Of a DNA stretch of 64,000 nt, positions 46,169 to 56,486 are shown in pieces. The notes below the pieces were generated by a model. That model ran no database searches. It had not been told where the DNA came from and saw nothing but the letters and a program-made list of their open reading frames with translations. How positions within the stretch are numbered: position 1 is the first letter of the stretch; each line of letters opens with the position of its first letter. This stretch comes from Pyrinomonadaceae bacterium (GTDB lineage: Bacteria > Acidobacteriota > Blastocatellia > Pyrinomonadales > Pyrinomonadaceae). The position numbers and the translations under genes are program-made. The DNA is taken from contig DATIBJ010000063.1 of assembly GCA_035457565.1 (NCBI GenBank), forward strand, positions 10,384 to 74,383, written 5' to 3'.

Positions 46169-48904
46169 TTAGACCTGTGAACTGATTGCTTCTGAAGATT
46201 CAGGATTCAATGCCGCTTGGGCTGCCGCTAACCGCGCGACTGGTACGCGGAATGGCGAACAACTCACGTAGTTCAAACCGATCTCATTACAGAACGCGAT
46301 CGACTGGGGATCGCCTCCGTGTTCGCCGCAAATACCAACCTTCAGATCCGTCTTGACCGAACGTCCACGTTCCGTTCCCATTCTGACCAGCTGTCCAACG
46401 CCATCTCGATCAAGCACCTGGAAGGGATCGTCGCGGACAATCTTCCGTTCGATGTAATTAGGCAGGAAGCGGCTGGAGTCGTCGCGGCTCAAGCCGAACG
46501 TTGTTTGCGTGAGATCGTTTGTGCCAAACGAGAAGAAGTCGGCGTGGGCGGCAATACGATCCGCCATCAAAGCGGCGCGCGGCAATTCGATCATGGTGCC
46601 GATGTGATATTCGATCGTCATACCATGTTCGCCCATCACTTGAACTGCGACTTCCTCGATGAGTTCGCGCTGTTGTCGCAACTCTTCACTGAGTGAAACC
46701 AGCGGTACCATGATCTCGAGTTCAACCTTCTTTCGTTCACCCTGCACGTGACATGCTGCTTCGAAGATCGCACGACACTGCATTCTCGTGACTTCAGGAA
46801 ACAACAAGCCAAGGCGACAACCGCGAAACCCGAGCATGGGGTTCGCTTCACGAATGCGATTCACCTGACGCAGTAACGCGCGCTTCTCGTCGATCTCATC
46901 AAGCACATGATCCATGTCGCTCAAAGAACCAGCGCGCTTTAGGGCCATCTTCAGTTCAGCGAGCTCGCTTGTGAGTTCTTCGACATTAGGCAAAAACTCA
47001 TGAAGGGGCGGATCGAGCAGACGTATAGTCACTGGTAGGCCGACCATCTCGCGAAAGATTCCGATAAAGTCCCCACGCTGCAACGGCAAGAGTTTCTCGA
47101 GCGCTTTCTCACGTGCGCCAACACCCTCTGAAAGAATCATCTCGCGCATCGCTGCCAAACGCTGGTCGCCAAAGAACATGTGCTCGGTTCGACAAAGACC
47201 GATACCTTCAGCACCAAACTGACGCGCGGTTTTCGCATCGAGCGGCGTGTCAGCATTGGCGCGTACACGTAAGCGCCGATACTGATCGGCCCACGTCATG
47301 AGCTTATAAAAATCACTTTCAAGGGTCGGTTGAATGGTTGGCACCTGGCCCAGGAACACACGACCGGTTGAGCCGTCGACAGTGATCCATTCGCCTTTGG
47401 TGACTACGGCTCCATCAACTGTGAACTGTTGCTGGCTGTAATCGATATTGATCGCGTTCGCGCCACTGACGCAGGTTTTGCCCATACCGCGTGCGACAAC
47501 CGCCGCGTGACTAGTCATGCCACCACGCGCAGTCACAATTGCCTGTGCCGCAACCATACCGTGGAAATCGTCAGGACTTGTTTCCTGTCGAACCAGAACA
47601 ACTTTCTTGCCCTCGCGCGCGAATGCTTCCGCGTCGTCAGGACTAAACACAACTTGTCCTTGCGCGGCGCCGGGGCTGGCAGGCAAGCCAGTAGCGAGCA
47701 CCGTTGCTTTTGTTTTCGGGTCGACGGTCGGATGCAAGAGCTGGTCGAGTTGTTCTGGGGTAACACGCTGGACGGCTGTCGTCTTATCGATTAGTTTTTC
47801 GTAAACCATATCGACGGCGATGCGCACCGCGGCTGCACCACTGCGTTTGCCTGTTCGCGTTTGCAACATCCAGAGCTTGCCACGCTCGATGGTGAATTCG
47901 CAGTCCTGCATGTCGTGATAGTGGTTCTCGAGGAGATTCGCGATCGAGGCAAATTGATCATAAACCTCTGGCAGTTCCTTCTTTAGTTGCGAGATAGGAT
48001 TCGGCGTGCGAATTCCGGCGACCACATCTTCGCCCTGCGCATTCAGTAGATACTCGCCGTAGAGTTCCTTTTTGCCGGTCGAAGGATTGCGCGTGAAAGC
48101 GACGCCGGTGCCACTGCCTGCGCCCATGTTTCCAAAGACCATTGCCTGGACATTGACTGCCGTGCCAAGTGAATCAGGAATTTTATTGACGCGACGATAG
48201 TCGATCGCCCGCCGGCCCATCCATGAATTAAACACAGCGGCAATCGCAACGCGCAGTTGCTCATATGGATCTTCCGGAATCGCGCTTTGTTCGGTAAGAA
48301 TAATTTGTTTTTCAGCGGTAATGATCTCGCGCAGGTCATCGGCTTTTAGATCGGTATCCTTGCCACCGCGAGTTTGAGCTTTAAAACGATCGAGCACGCG
48401 CTCAAACTTCTCGTGAGCGACGCCCATAACAATTTCACCGAAGAGTGAAGCAAAGCGCCGGTATGCATCGAGAGCGAAACGCAAATCACCAGTTTGTTTG
48501 GCAAGACCCTGAACAGTTTCTTCATTGAGACCGAGATTTAGAACGGTATCCATCATGCCGGGCATCGAAAACGCCGCGCCCGATCGAACTGAAACCAACA
48601 ACGGGTTCTTCGGATCGCCAAAGCGCTTGCCTACCTTTTCTTCGATCCGCTTCAGTCCTTCTTTAACCTGTTCCCACATGCCTTCGGGGAAATTCTTGTC
48701 ATTTTCAAAAAAGGCATTGCACGCTTCGGTAGTTACAATCAAACCAGGAGGCACTGGCAGTCCCGCGCGCGTCATCTCACAGAGACCGGCGCCCTTGCCA
48801 CCGAGCAAAGCTTTATCGTCACCGGGTCCTTCCTCGAATAGATAGACCCATTTATTGGTTGTTTGTTCAGTTGACTCCGAAACTTGCTCGGTAACAGTGC
48901 TCAT
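46169..48904 (-). CDS. ppdK: Pyruvate, phosphate dikinase
   Basis: 911 aa. ATP-grasp N-terminus (GGKGAGLCEM), phosphohistidine loop GGMTSHAAVVARG, PEP/pyruvate domain GICGEHGGDP. Confidence 0.97.
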   Translation of the reverse strand: MSTVTEQVSESTEQTTNKWVYLFEEGPGDDKALLGGKGAGLCEMTRAGLPVPPGLIVTTEACNAFFENDKNFPEGMWEQVKEGLKRIEEKVGKRFGDPKNPLLVSVRSGAAFSMPGMMDTVLNLGLNEETVQGLAKQTGDLRFALDAYRRFASLFGEIVMGVAHEKFERVLDRFKAQTRGGKDTDLKADDLREIITAEKQIILTEQSAIPEDPYEQLRVAIAAVFNSWMGRRAIDYRRVNKIPDSLGTAVNVQAMVFGNMGAGSGTGVAFTRNPSTGKKELYGEYLLNAQGEDVVAGIRTPNPISQLKKELPEVYDQFASIANLLENHYHDMQDCEFTIERGKLWMLQTRTGKRSGAAAVRIAVDMVYEKLIDKTTAVQRVTPEQLDQLLHPTVDPKTKATVLATGLPASPGAAQGQVVFSPDDAEAFAREGKKVVLVRQETSPDDFHGMVAAQAIVTARGGMTSHAAVVARGMGKTCVSGANAINIDYSQQQFTVDGAVVTKGEWITVDGSTGRVFLGQVPTIQPTLESDFYKLMTWADQYRRLRVRANADTPLDAKTARQFGAEGIGLCRTEHMFFGDQRLAAMREMILSEGVGAREKALEKLLPLQRGDFIGIFREMVGLPVTIRLLDPPLHEFLPNVEELTSELAELKMALKRAGSLSDMDHVLDEIDEKRALLRQVNRIREANPMLGFRGCRLGLLFPEVTRMQCRAIFEAACHVQGERKKVELEIMVPLVSLSEELRQQRELIEEVAVQVMGEHGMTIEYHIGTMIELPRAALMADRIAAHADFFSFGTNDLTQTTFGLSRDDSSRFLPNYIERKIVRDDPFQVLDRDGVGQLVRMGTERGRSVKTDLKVGICGEHGGDPQSIAFCNEIGLNYVSCSPFRVPVARLAAAQAALNPESSEAISSQV

Positions 48905-49064
48905 TTCTCAGACTCACTCTGTAAGGATTGATGTTAGATCCAGCTTGTGGAGAACGCCATCGGAAGGTCGCTCCAATGCAAATTACCCCATTTCTAGCTG
49001 GTTAGGGAAGCGGAGGACGTCACTGAGTAGTGTACACACTGGTTCAACAACGATCGCCATTGAC

Positions 49065-50330
49065 CTAACCCAACTCGGCCGCGCTCTCGATCATTCCACG
49101 CAGGCTGATCTGTCCGGTGTAGTTCCCAAAAAGCATGCGCCCAGGCGTCGCACACCACGTATCTCGTGCCTGCTGCCAAACTGCTGGTAAATCGGAACCG
49201 TATTGTGGCAACGCGGCCGGCCAACGATGAACGACAACGCTGAGCACTTCCGGAATCCCCAGAAGTGAATTCAGCTCGCCGCGTACCGCAGTTTCAACTT
49301 CGTCATTTGTGGCCGTGAGCCAGCTCGGCTGCGAAGTTCCACCCATCATGACCGTAAACGACGCTAGATGCGTTTCGTCGGTTACACGGTTTGCAAACGA
49401 GCTGGAGTTAAAGAGGATGCCCAAACATTTTCGATCCTCACAGGCCGGCATTAAAGCGCCGACACCTTCAACTGGTTTCGTAAATACCCGACGGTCTACG
49501 AACACGGTACAAGACACGATAGGTGTGTACCGAACAGTCAATAACTTTTGAGCGAGCGAGCTTGAAACTTCTTCGAGCAAGTGAGCGGCAGAATGAGCGG
49601 GCGTAGCGATTATCAGGTTCGGAGTTTCGGGCAAACTCTTCACTGGTTCACCTTTCCGAAATCGGTTTCCGAGGCGCGAATGCAGGTGACGTTCCAGCTG
49701 TCCTGCGAGATCGCCCATCCCGTATTTCGGCGCGACACGTTTTTTGATCTGGTTTCGTTTTGGTTCCTTTGGCTCGGTGCACTTCCAGCCAACTAGCGTC
49801 TTTCCAATTGGAACTCTTAATGCTGGATAAGCCGCAGCGACACCGAGTTCCGCCGGCTGCACACCGTAAATACCTCTAACAAATGGCGTCAGCAAATAAT
49901 CGACAGCCGGCTGGCCCAGATGCCGGCGCCCCCAGGTCTCAAGAGTTTGACCGTTATCATTGTTTGAGCGAACGAAGAGGGCACGACCAGCGGTCGCTAT
50001 CAATTCAGGAAGCGTAAGCGGAAGCTTTCGCAGCTCGCCGTTACGAACAATGAATTTTCCTTTTGCTTCCTTTCGGGGCTCAAGCAATTCCACATCGAGT
50101 TCGCGACATAGCTCTAGAACCGTTTCGGTGGCGATCAGCGAATGCGCTGCGCTTTCGGCGATGCCGTGATCGGTGTGACGGGTGCGAATCAACCCTCCCG
50201 CTCGTTCGTTTTGTTCAATCAATGTCACACGATAGCCGCGTCGATCTAAGTAATAGGCCGCAAGCATTCCAGCGATACCGGCGCCGACCACGGTTACCTC
50301 GCGAATCTCTTTGTTCATCGTACCGATCAT
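49065..50330 (-). CDS. hemY: Protoporphyrinogen/coproporphyrinogen oxidase (FAD, HemY type)
   Basis: FAD fold VVGAGIAGMLAAYYL. Start taken at ATG 50330, which gives an ATGA overlap with the hemH stop. Last gene of the hemN-hemH-hemY string. Confidence 0.8.
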   Translation of the reverse strand: MIGTMNKEIREVTVVGAGIAGMLAAYYLDRRGYRVTLIEQNERAGGLIRTRHTDHGIAESAAHSLIATETVLELCRELDVELLEPRKEAKGKFIVRNGELRKLPLTLPELIATAGRALFVRSNNDNGQTLETWGRRHLGQPAVDYLLTPFVRGIYGVQPAELGVAAAYPALRVPIGKTLVGWKCTEPKEPKRNQIKKRVAPKYGMGDLAGQLERHLHSRLGNRFRKGEPVKSLPETPNLIIATPAHSAAHLLEEVSSSLAQKLLTVRYTPIVSCTVFVDRRVFTKPVEGVGALMPACEDRKCLGILFNSSSFANRVTDETHLASFTVMMGGTSQPSWLTATNDEVETAVRGELNSLLGIPEVLSVVVHRWPAALPQYGSDLPAVWQQARDTWCATPGRMLFGNYTGQISLRGMIESAAELG

Positions 50331-51289
50331 GAATATGTCTCCGACAACAGCGCGTGAAGGATCTGCGGAAAGCGCGGATCTGCGTTGAAACAACGTGCAC
50401 GCCGGTAGTGGGTGATACCACACTCCTTCGCCAGGCCGGCGTAAAGCTGATCCAGTTCGAAAAGCGTCTCAATATGATCGCTAACAAAACTGATCGGCAC
50501 GATCACGACTTTGTGCACTCCTTCTTTACCCAATCGCTTCAGTTCATCTTCCAGATAGGGCTGCAGCCACGGGAGCTTTCCGTTGCGCGACTGAAACGCT
50601 ACGGACCAGGGGTGTTTTAGATCACGGGTCAGAGCTTGAACCGTTCGCTGCACGTCTTCGGGATACGGATCTCCGCGCTCGACAATCTTTAACGGCAACG
50701 AATGAGCGGAGAAGATCACGTGCGCTGGAAGTTCGTCGTCATTTCGGTCGGAGCTGGCTTCTTCAAGCGCTTCGTTCAGAGTCGCTTTCAGCAATTGAAT
50801 GTAGAACGGGTGGTCGGGCCAGTTGACGATCTGATGGACTTCGGGAGACCACTGCAGCCGCCTTAAAGCGTCATCAGCCTCCTCGAAGCAAGTGCCGGTC
50901 GTAGTTGTCGAGTACTGGGGAAACAACGGCAGTAGGATCAACTTTTCAGCGCCCCATAGACGCAATCGTTCAAGACTCACTTCGATTGAAGGTTCGGCCG
51001 AGCGCATGCCGAATTCGATTTTAAGGTCTAGCCGCCGCTCCAAATTACGCAGTCCTTCTGCCTGAATCGACGTCCACTTAAGCTGCGGCGATCCTCCGCC
51101 AATACTCTTGTACCCCGCGCGTGAAGATGGACCTTTTACGTGCGCAATCATGAAGGCAAGAATTTGGCGCAATGGAGACGGGACACCAACCAAGACACTC
51201 TTGTTTGCAAACAGCCGGTAGAGAAACGGTTTGACGTCAGCCAACGTCCACGGCCCACCAAAGTTTAGTAATAAGATACCGGTTCGCAT
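50327..51289 (-). CDS. hemH: Ferrochelatase
   Basis: 320 aa. GILLLNFGGP, PLFPQYS, SAHSLP, SFVSDHIETL. Confidence 0.95.
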   Translation of the reverse strand: MRTGILLLNFGGPWTLADVKPFLYRLFANKSVLVGVPSPLRQILAFMIAHVKGPSSRAGYKSIGGGSPQLKWTSIQAEGLRNLERRLDLKIEFGMRSAEPSIEVSLERLRLWGAEKLILLPLFPQYSTTTTGTCFEEADDALRRLQWSPEVHQIVNWPDHPFYIQLLKATLNEALEEASSDRNDDELPAHVIFSAHSLPLKIVERGDPYPEDVQRTVQALTRDLKHPWSVAFQSRNGKLPWLQPYLEDELKRLGKEGVHKVVIVPISFVSDHIETLFELDQLYAGLAKECGITHYRRARCFNADPRFPQILHALLSETYS

Positions 51290-51293
51290 TGTG

Positions 51294-52700
51294 CTAAATA
51301 GTTCTGCTGAATTGCTTCATCGCTGTATCGCGCGCGAGATGTGCATCAAATGCCATGCAAATGTTTCGAATAAACGGACGACCACTGTCGGTTACTTCGC
51401 AGTGTGCATCTGAGCTTTTCAGCAGACCGTCAAGTCGAAATCCTGATAGACGGTTGTCGATGTCCTGTAGATACGGGACGTACGTCTCACCGTCGTTCCA
51501 GCTCGTTTCAAATCGTGTCATTAGATTCAAAATGTGCTGCCGCAGTACTCGATCTTCCATGGTGAGCTTATGACCACGCGAGATCGGCAACTCACCTTTG
51601 TGAACTCGTTCGGTGTAGCTCTCGATCTCCTTTTCGTTCTGAGCAAACATGTCCCACGAGTCACTGATCGACGAAACGCCGAGCCCAATCAGCGGCATGA
51701 CAAACTGGGACGTATAACCCATGAAGTTGCGATGTAACTTTCCACTCATGGCAGCTGTCCATAACGAATCACTCTCCAGCGCAAAATGATCCATCCCAAT
51801 CTCGCGGTAACCTGCAGCAAGCAAGAGTTCACGTCCGCGTTCGTAAAGTTTTCGTTTTACCGATCCAACCGGCAAATCATTCTCGGTGAAGTGTCGCTGT
51901 CCGGGCTTCACCCACGGAACGTGCGCATAGCCATAAAACGCAATCCGATCAGGTCGCTGCTTCATAACGGCCGCGACGGTCAGTTCCACACTTTGAACTG
52001 TTTGAAATGGTAGGCCGTAGATCAGATCGTAATTGATGCTATTAAAACCGAGGGAACGCGCAGTCTCTGTAACCTCTGCGACTTGTTTTTCCGACTGAAT
52101 ACGATTGACCGCAAGCTGCACCCGTGGATCAAAATCCTGCACGCCAAGACTTAAGCGGCGAAATCCCAACCTGGCCAGTCGTCGAAGGTGTTCGGGCTGC
52201 GTAACCCGCGGATCCGACTCAATTGAAAATTCGGCATCATTCGTTTTATGAACGTGCTGAAGAATTCCATCGACAAGCTCTTCGAGTTCTTCCGGCGAGA
52301 GAAAAGTTGGTGTGCCACCACCGAGGTGTAATTCGCTAAGCGGCACACGGACTGAACTGCCAAGGCGCTCGCGATAGACCTCCCATTCGCGCAACACCGT
52401 CCGCAGGTACGGTTCCGCAACTGAAGTCTTTGTGGTGATGCGTGAATTACAACCGCAGTACGTACAGAGCGAGCGGCAGTAAGGAATGTGAACGTACATT
52501 GCCGCGCCAGTTCCATGTCGCGCGCCATCTCTCAGACTGTCACTAACACTCTGAATCCATTTGTCAGTTGATGGCGGGGAACTCCAATGAAGGATTGTCG
52601 GATAACTCGTGTAACGAGGACCCGGAACGTCATATTTCTCCAGAAGCATCGATGACATTAACAAGCGCGCCCTTCCGTCCAACACTTTGTCCGCTCTCAT
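51294..52700 (-). CDS. hemN: Oxygen-independent coproporphyrinogen III oxidase (radical SAM)
   Basis: 468 aa. GPRYTSYPT, radical-SAM CRSLCTYCGC. The start may be an internal Met (52658 or 52649). Confidence 0.9.
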   Translation of the reverse strand: MRADKVLDGRARLLMSSMLLEKYDVPGPRYTSYPTILHWSSPPSTDKWIQSVSDSLRDGARHGTGAAMYVHIPYCRSLCTYCGCNSRITTKTSVAEPYLRTVLREWEVYRERLGSSVRVPLSELHLGGGTPTFLSPEELEELVDGILQHVHKTNDAEFSIESDPRVTQPEHLRRLARLGFRRLSLGVQDFDPRVQLAVNRIQSEKQVAEVTETARSLGFNSINYDLIYGLPFQTVQSVELTVAAVMKQRPDRIAFYGYAHVPWVKPGQRHFTENDLPVGSVKRKLYERGRELLLAAGYREIGMDHFALESDSLWTAAMSGKLHRNFMGYTSQFVMPLIGLGVSSISDSWDMFAQNEKEIESYTERVHKGELPISRGHKLTMEDRVLRQHILNLMTRFETSWNDGETYVPYLQDIDNRLSGFRLDGLLKSSDAHCEVTDSGRPFIRNICMAFDAHLARDTAMKQFSRTI

Positions 52701-52914
52701 TCGAGGAGAAGGAAGAACGGAATTGGGTCGGGAGCAACGCCTGTGCCCAGTGTTTATTCGGCGAAAGTAAAGATTGGGATGGGATCTAGTTGGGAAATAA
52801 ACCTACCAGTTGCGGAGAATTCCTCAGCGTCGCCTGGAAGTTTCTGCCGAGTTGACTGGTAACGCGCCAAACTTTCCGCGGCCTACCAGTTGCTCTTGTC
52901 TGCTTCGCCCGAAA

Positions 52915-52931
52915 TTGAAAGCAACTTTCAA
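52915..52931. promoter_or_regulatory. Candidate operator palindrome upstream of feoA
   Basis: TTGAAAG-CAA-CTTTCAA (7-3-7), 30 nt upstream of the feoA ATG in the hemN/feoA divergent region. No regulator identified. Confidence 0.3.
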
Positions 52932-52960
52932 CTTCGGGAGGCCAAGGGAGGAATCGTCAC

Positions 52961-53209
52961 ATGCAGAAGCGAAACGCACCTTCGACACTGAGCACACTGC
53001 CGCACGGACGCGTGGCCACTATCTTGAACGTGCTCGGCCCACGATTGATTGCGATGCGGTTGATGGAAATGGGACTTGTACCAGGTGCCAGCATCTCCGT
53101 CGTTCGCAGCGCGCCTCTCGGCGATCCCATTCAGATAAAGCTTCGCGACTACCACCTGGCTCTGAGAAGAACGGAGGCTGCGTTGATCAACGTCGCCCTC
53201 GCGGATTGA
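52961..53209 (+). CDS. feoA: Ferrous iron transport protein A
   Basis: 82 aa. FeoA/SH3-like pattern (L..L..G....I..V.......RLMEMGLVPGASI.VVR.APLGDPI). Confidence 0.85.
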   Translation: MQKRNAPSTLSTLPHGRVATILNVLGPRLIAMRLMEMGLVPGASISVVRSAPLGDPIQIKLRDYHLALRRTEAALINVALAD

Positions 53210-55167
53210 TGCCTCAACTTAAAATGTCCGCCGTACCCAGCCAATCGCTTTCGACATTAAGCGTTGCCATCGCAGGTAATCCAAACGCCGGCAAGACCAG
53301 CCTGTTCAACGCACTCACTGGCTTAAGGCAAAGGATCGCGAACTATCCGGGCGTGACTGTCGAGGCCACGCAAGGCCTTTGGTACCTGGACGATCGTTCG
53401 CCAGTGGCTGTGGTCGATTTGCCCGGACTCTATAGTCTAAACGCTACCTCGATCGATGAACAGATTGCATGCGATACGCTTGTAGGCTCTGGCGAGCGCT
53501 ATGAATCATCGATCTCACCCGATGTGATCATCGTAGCGATAGATGCAACCAATCTCACTCGCAATCTGTATCTTGCTACTCAAGTAATAGAACTCGGAAG
53601 ACCGACTGTGGTCGCATTGACGATGTTTGACCTCGCTCTGCGAAATGGTATCCAAATCAATGTGCCATTGCTGGCCGAGGCGTTAGGTGTTCCAGTCGTA
53701 CCAGTAGTAGCACGTCGACTGATTGGCATAGACGCTCTGGCAAGTGCTGTGAAGAAGGTTGCTGGGCAGATTCGAGGGTCTGTTTCTGCAACTCGAATTG
53801 ACGATGCATTGACTATACGCAAGGACGAACTGCTAGATCGGTATCAGCAAATCGACAGTTTGGTCTCACGTGTATTGACTCAGAAAAAGACGGAGGGTCT
53901 CACTCGGACCGAACGCATCGACGCAGTATTGACTCATCGGATCTTTGGACCGCTTATCTTGATCGCCGTCGTCTTATTTGTCTTTCAAATGATCTTTTCC
54001 TGGGCCAACCTGCCGATGAATCTGATTGATGGCGGATTCGCAGCTTTGAGTCGCACTATCAGGACAACGTTCCCGACCGGAATCTTCACGGACCTCCTGG
54101 CGGATGGAGTGATCGCTGGTGTGGGCGGGGTTCTGGTATTTCTGCCTCAGATTCTGCTGCTGTTTCTATTCATCGCGATTCTGGAAGAAAGCGGTTACAT
54201 GGCCCGAGCGGCATTTCTCATGGACCGATTGATGCGAACGGTTGGTCTTGATGGAAAGGCCTTTCTGCCGCTAGTGATGAGTTTTGCCTGCGCAGTTCCG
54301 GCCATAATGGCGACACGAACTATTCAGAGCACTAAGGATCGAATCACAACGATCATGATCGCCCCGTTCATGAGTTGTTCGGCGCGTTTACCCGTCTACA
54401 CTCTCATGATTGCCTCGTGTTTCTCAAATCAGAAGACATTTGGTTTTATTTCAACTGGCGCGTTGATAATCCTCGCAATGTATTTGCTTGGTATCTCGAC
54501 TGCGATCATCGTTGCCTGGGTATTCAAACACTCGATTCTGAAAGCGCCCTCAGCGGCATTCGTCATGGAGTTGCCGGTCTATCGAATTCCCAGCATTTCG
54601 AATGTTTTTCACACGATGCTGTCTCGTGCAGGTCTATTCGTAAAGAGGGCGAGCACAGTAATCCTCGCCGCATCAATTCTGTTGTGGGCACTTGCGGCTT
54701 TCCCGCGTTCAACAGGGTCGTCAAGCGTTACGGCGAGCGAGCAGGTTAGCAACAGCTACGCGGGAAGAGCGGGGCGACTAATGGAACCGTTGATCGCACC
54801 GCTTGGTTTTGATTGGAGAATTGGCATTGGTCTCATCTCATCGTTCGCAGCGCGTGAAACTATCGTTTCGACGCTGGGCGTTGTCTATAACGTCGGCAAC
54901 GAAGAGCAGGAGCAGTCTGGCTCGCTGGTAAATGCAATGGTGAATGCCAGGAAAGCAGATGGCTCGCGAATGTGGACGCCGCTCGTTGGGCTATCTCTGA
55001 TGGTCTTTTTTGTGTTGGCGTGTCAATGCATGTCGACACTTGCGGTTGTGCGTCGTGAGACAAATTCGTGGCGTTGGCCACTCTTTATGGTGAGCTACAT
55101 GTTGGTGCTCGCTTACCTGGGCTCGCTGATAACTTTCCAGGGCGGAAGATTATTGGGGTTCAACTAA
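53209..55167 (+). CDS. feoB: Ferrous iron transport protein B
   Basis: Start at ATG 53209 (TGATG junction with the feoA stop). G-domain GNPNAGKTSLFNALTG, DLPG, then a polytopic membrane domain. The 785-aa tracked ORF has a spurious 5' extension. Confidence 0.95.
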   Translation: MPQLKMSAVPSQSLSTLSVAIAGNPNAGKTSLFNALTGLRQRIANYPGVTVEATQGLWYLDDRSPVAVVDLPGLYSLNATSIDEQIACDTLVGSGERYESSISPDVIIVAIDATNLTRNLYLATQVIELGRPTVVALTMFDLALRNGIQINVPLLAEALGVPVVPVVARRLIGIDALASAVKKVAGQIRGSVSATRIDDALTIRKDELLDRYQQIDSLVSRVLTQKKTEGLTRTERIDAVLTHRIFGPLILIAVVLFVFQMIFSWANLPMNLIDGGFAALSRTIRTTFPTGIFTDLLADGVIAGVGGVLVFLPQILLLFLFIAILEESGYMARAAFLMDRLMRTVGLDGKAFLPLVMSFACAVPAIMATRTIQSTKDRITTIMIAPFMSCSARLPVYTLMIASCFSNQKTFGFISTGALIILAMYLLGISTAIIVAWVFKHSILKAPSAAFVMELPVYRIPSISNVFHTMLSRAGLFVKRASTVILAASILLWALAAFPRSTGSSSVTASEQVSNSYAGRAGRLMEPLIAPLGFDWRIGIGLISSFAARETIVSTLGVVYNVGNEEQEQSGSLVNAMVNARKADGSRMWTPLVGLSLMVFFVLACQCMSTLAVVRRETNSWRWPLFMVSYMLVLAYLGSLITFQGGRLLGFN

Positions 55168-55370
55168 TGCTCGACTGGCAAACACCGGTAACAGTGATCA
55201 GTATTATCGCGGCCAGTGGGTTTATTGGCGTTCGTGCCTGGCATCGCATTCGATCGCTGAGCCTCCGATCAAACTCAGCCAAATGCGGAAGCGGTTGTCA
55301 CGCCTGTAGCATTAGCGTAAACAACCGCCAGACAAGGTGCGGACCAAACGTACTCTTAAGACGCGACTAA
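55167..55370 (+). CDS. FeoB-associated Cys-rich small membrane protein
   Basis: 67 aa from ATG 55167 (TAATG junction with the feoB stop). One TM helix (VTVISIIAASGFIGV), then CGSGCHAC. Confidence 0.6.
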   Translation: MLDWQTPVTVISIIAASGFIGVRAWHRIRSLSLRSNSAKCGSGCHACSISVNNRQTRCGPNVLLRRD

Positions 55371-55688
55371 TTCATCACGCCGCCAAATCTTCATACACGT
55401 CAGTTGAGCCTGCGCTGAGACATTGGCTAATAGCCGCTCGAACAAGCCATCAGTAACCGCAACGAGCGCTGATTCGATTTCCCTTTCCTGTTCGGCGCTT
55501 AACCCCAGGTTGCGGTGACGTCTCGAGACTTCGGATCGCGCAATCGCCTGCCACTCTAATCGGATTTCTTCAAATCGGTTGTCGGTGAGCTTGGTTATGG
55601 ATTCCACTGTTTTGCCTGGGTCCTGAGCGTAGGACGCTTGTCCTCCTCCAGGTAGTAACGCGTAATCGGTCGGCAAACTGGATACCAA
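55356..55688 (-). CDS. Hypothetical protein
   Basis: 110-aa ORF with no recognisable family. Its 3' end overlaps the convergent small feo-linked ORF by 15 nt. Confidence 0.35.
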   Translation of the reverse strand: MVSSLPTDYALLPGGGQASYAQDPGKTVESITKLTDNRFEEIRLEWQAIARSEVSRRHRNLGLSAEQEREIESALVAVTDGLFERLLANVSAQAQLTCMKIWRRDELVAS

Positions 55689-55976
55689 AACTCAAAACTC
55701 AATTACCTGAACCTCGGGCAAGGTGATGAAGCTCAGACTGCGTGGTTTCTCTCAAGTCTGGGAAAGATCCCGCAGGCTTTCACCTGGCAGGGCACTGGCC
55801 CTCGCGTGCAGATGACGCGCAGCGCGAACGAAACCTCTTTGTTAGTGCCTACGGCCCTCATCTGCACGCTGGGACGCCTACTCTCCGACTTAGGCATATC
55901 GGTTGCTCTTGGTGGTCCTGTCACACAGGGGACTCTCGGGATCTTGAAACCACTTAGGGAAACGGAGGATACGACA

Positions 55977-56399
55977 ATGGCAAAAGATGATCGCGATCTT
56001 CTAGAGCTGCTGAAAGAGGAGCTCTCCTTCATCGAGCAGGGCGGTTATGGACGGTCAGTTCGTACCCCCTGGAAACCGACATCGACGTTCCAAGACTCGC
56101 TGTCGTGCATCAACTACGGATATCCCTATCGCGCGCATCCGTGCAATGAGTGTCATCTCATCGATTTCGTCTCGGCCGAAGATCGCGCGACAGATATACC
56201 CTGCCATCACATTCCACTGAATGCCGAGGGCGACACGATCGCTGATCTCGAACTGACGGATAATCAGCACAAGTTGGAAGAAGAAGTTAAGACGTGGCTG
56301 AGAAGCAGGATCAAGGAGATCGAAGATCGGAACCTACTAGAGCGCGACAAACAGTCGACGCCCGGTTCGTCAGAAGCGAACTTCTGCTGCCAAAGCTAG
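55977..56399 (+). CDS. Hypothetical Cys/His-rich protein
   Basis: Start at ATG 55977, 9 nt after GGAGG. 140 aa: MAKDDRDLLELLKEELSFIEQGGYG...CINYGYPYRAHPCNECHLIDF...IPCHHIPL...FCCQS. Confidence 0.55.
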   Translation: MAKDDRDLLELLKEELSFIEQGGYGRSVRTPWKPTSTFQDSLSCINYGYPYRAHPCNECHLIDFVSAEDRATDIPCHHIPLNAEGDTIADLELTDNQHKLEEEVKTWLRSRIKEIEDRNLLERDKQSTPGSSEANFCCQS

Positions 56400-56405
56400 T
56401 AAGAC

Positions 56406-56481
56406 GAGGAAAGAGGGGAAAAGGGGAAAGGGGAAAAAGGAATTGGTTCTTTCCTATTTACCTTTTCCCCTCTTCCCCTTC
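56406..56481. repeat. Hairpin of GGGGAAA words (second locus)
   Basis: gaggaaagaggggaaaaggggaaaggggaaaaagg faces cctatttaccttttcccctcttccccttc, between convergent stops at 56399 and 56487. Confidence 0.85.
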
Positions 56482-56486
56482 TGCTC

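Noticed and set aside
52810-53208. N-terminal 133 codons of the 785-aa ORF containing feoB
   Set aside because: This part overlaps feoA in another frame and has Arg-rich, non-protein-like composition. The G-domain begins right after ATG 53209, which abuts the feoA stop.
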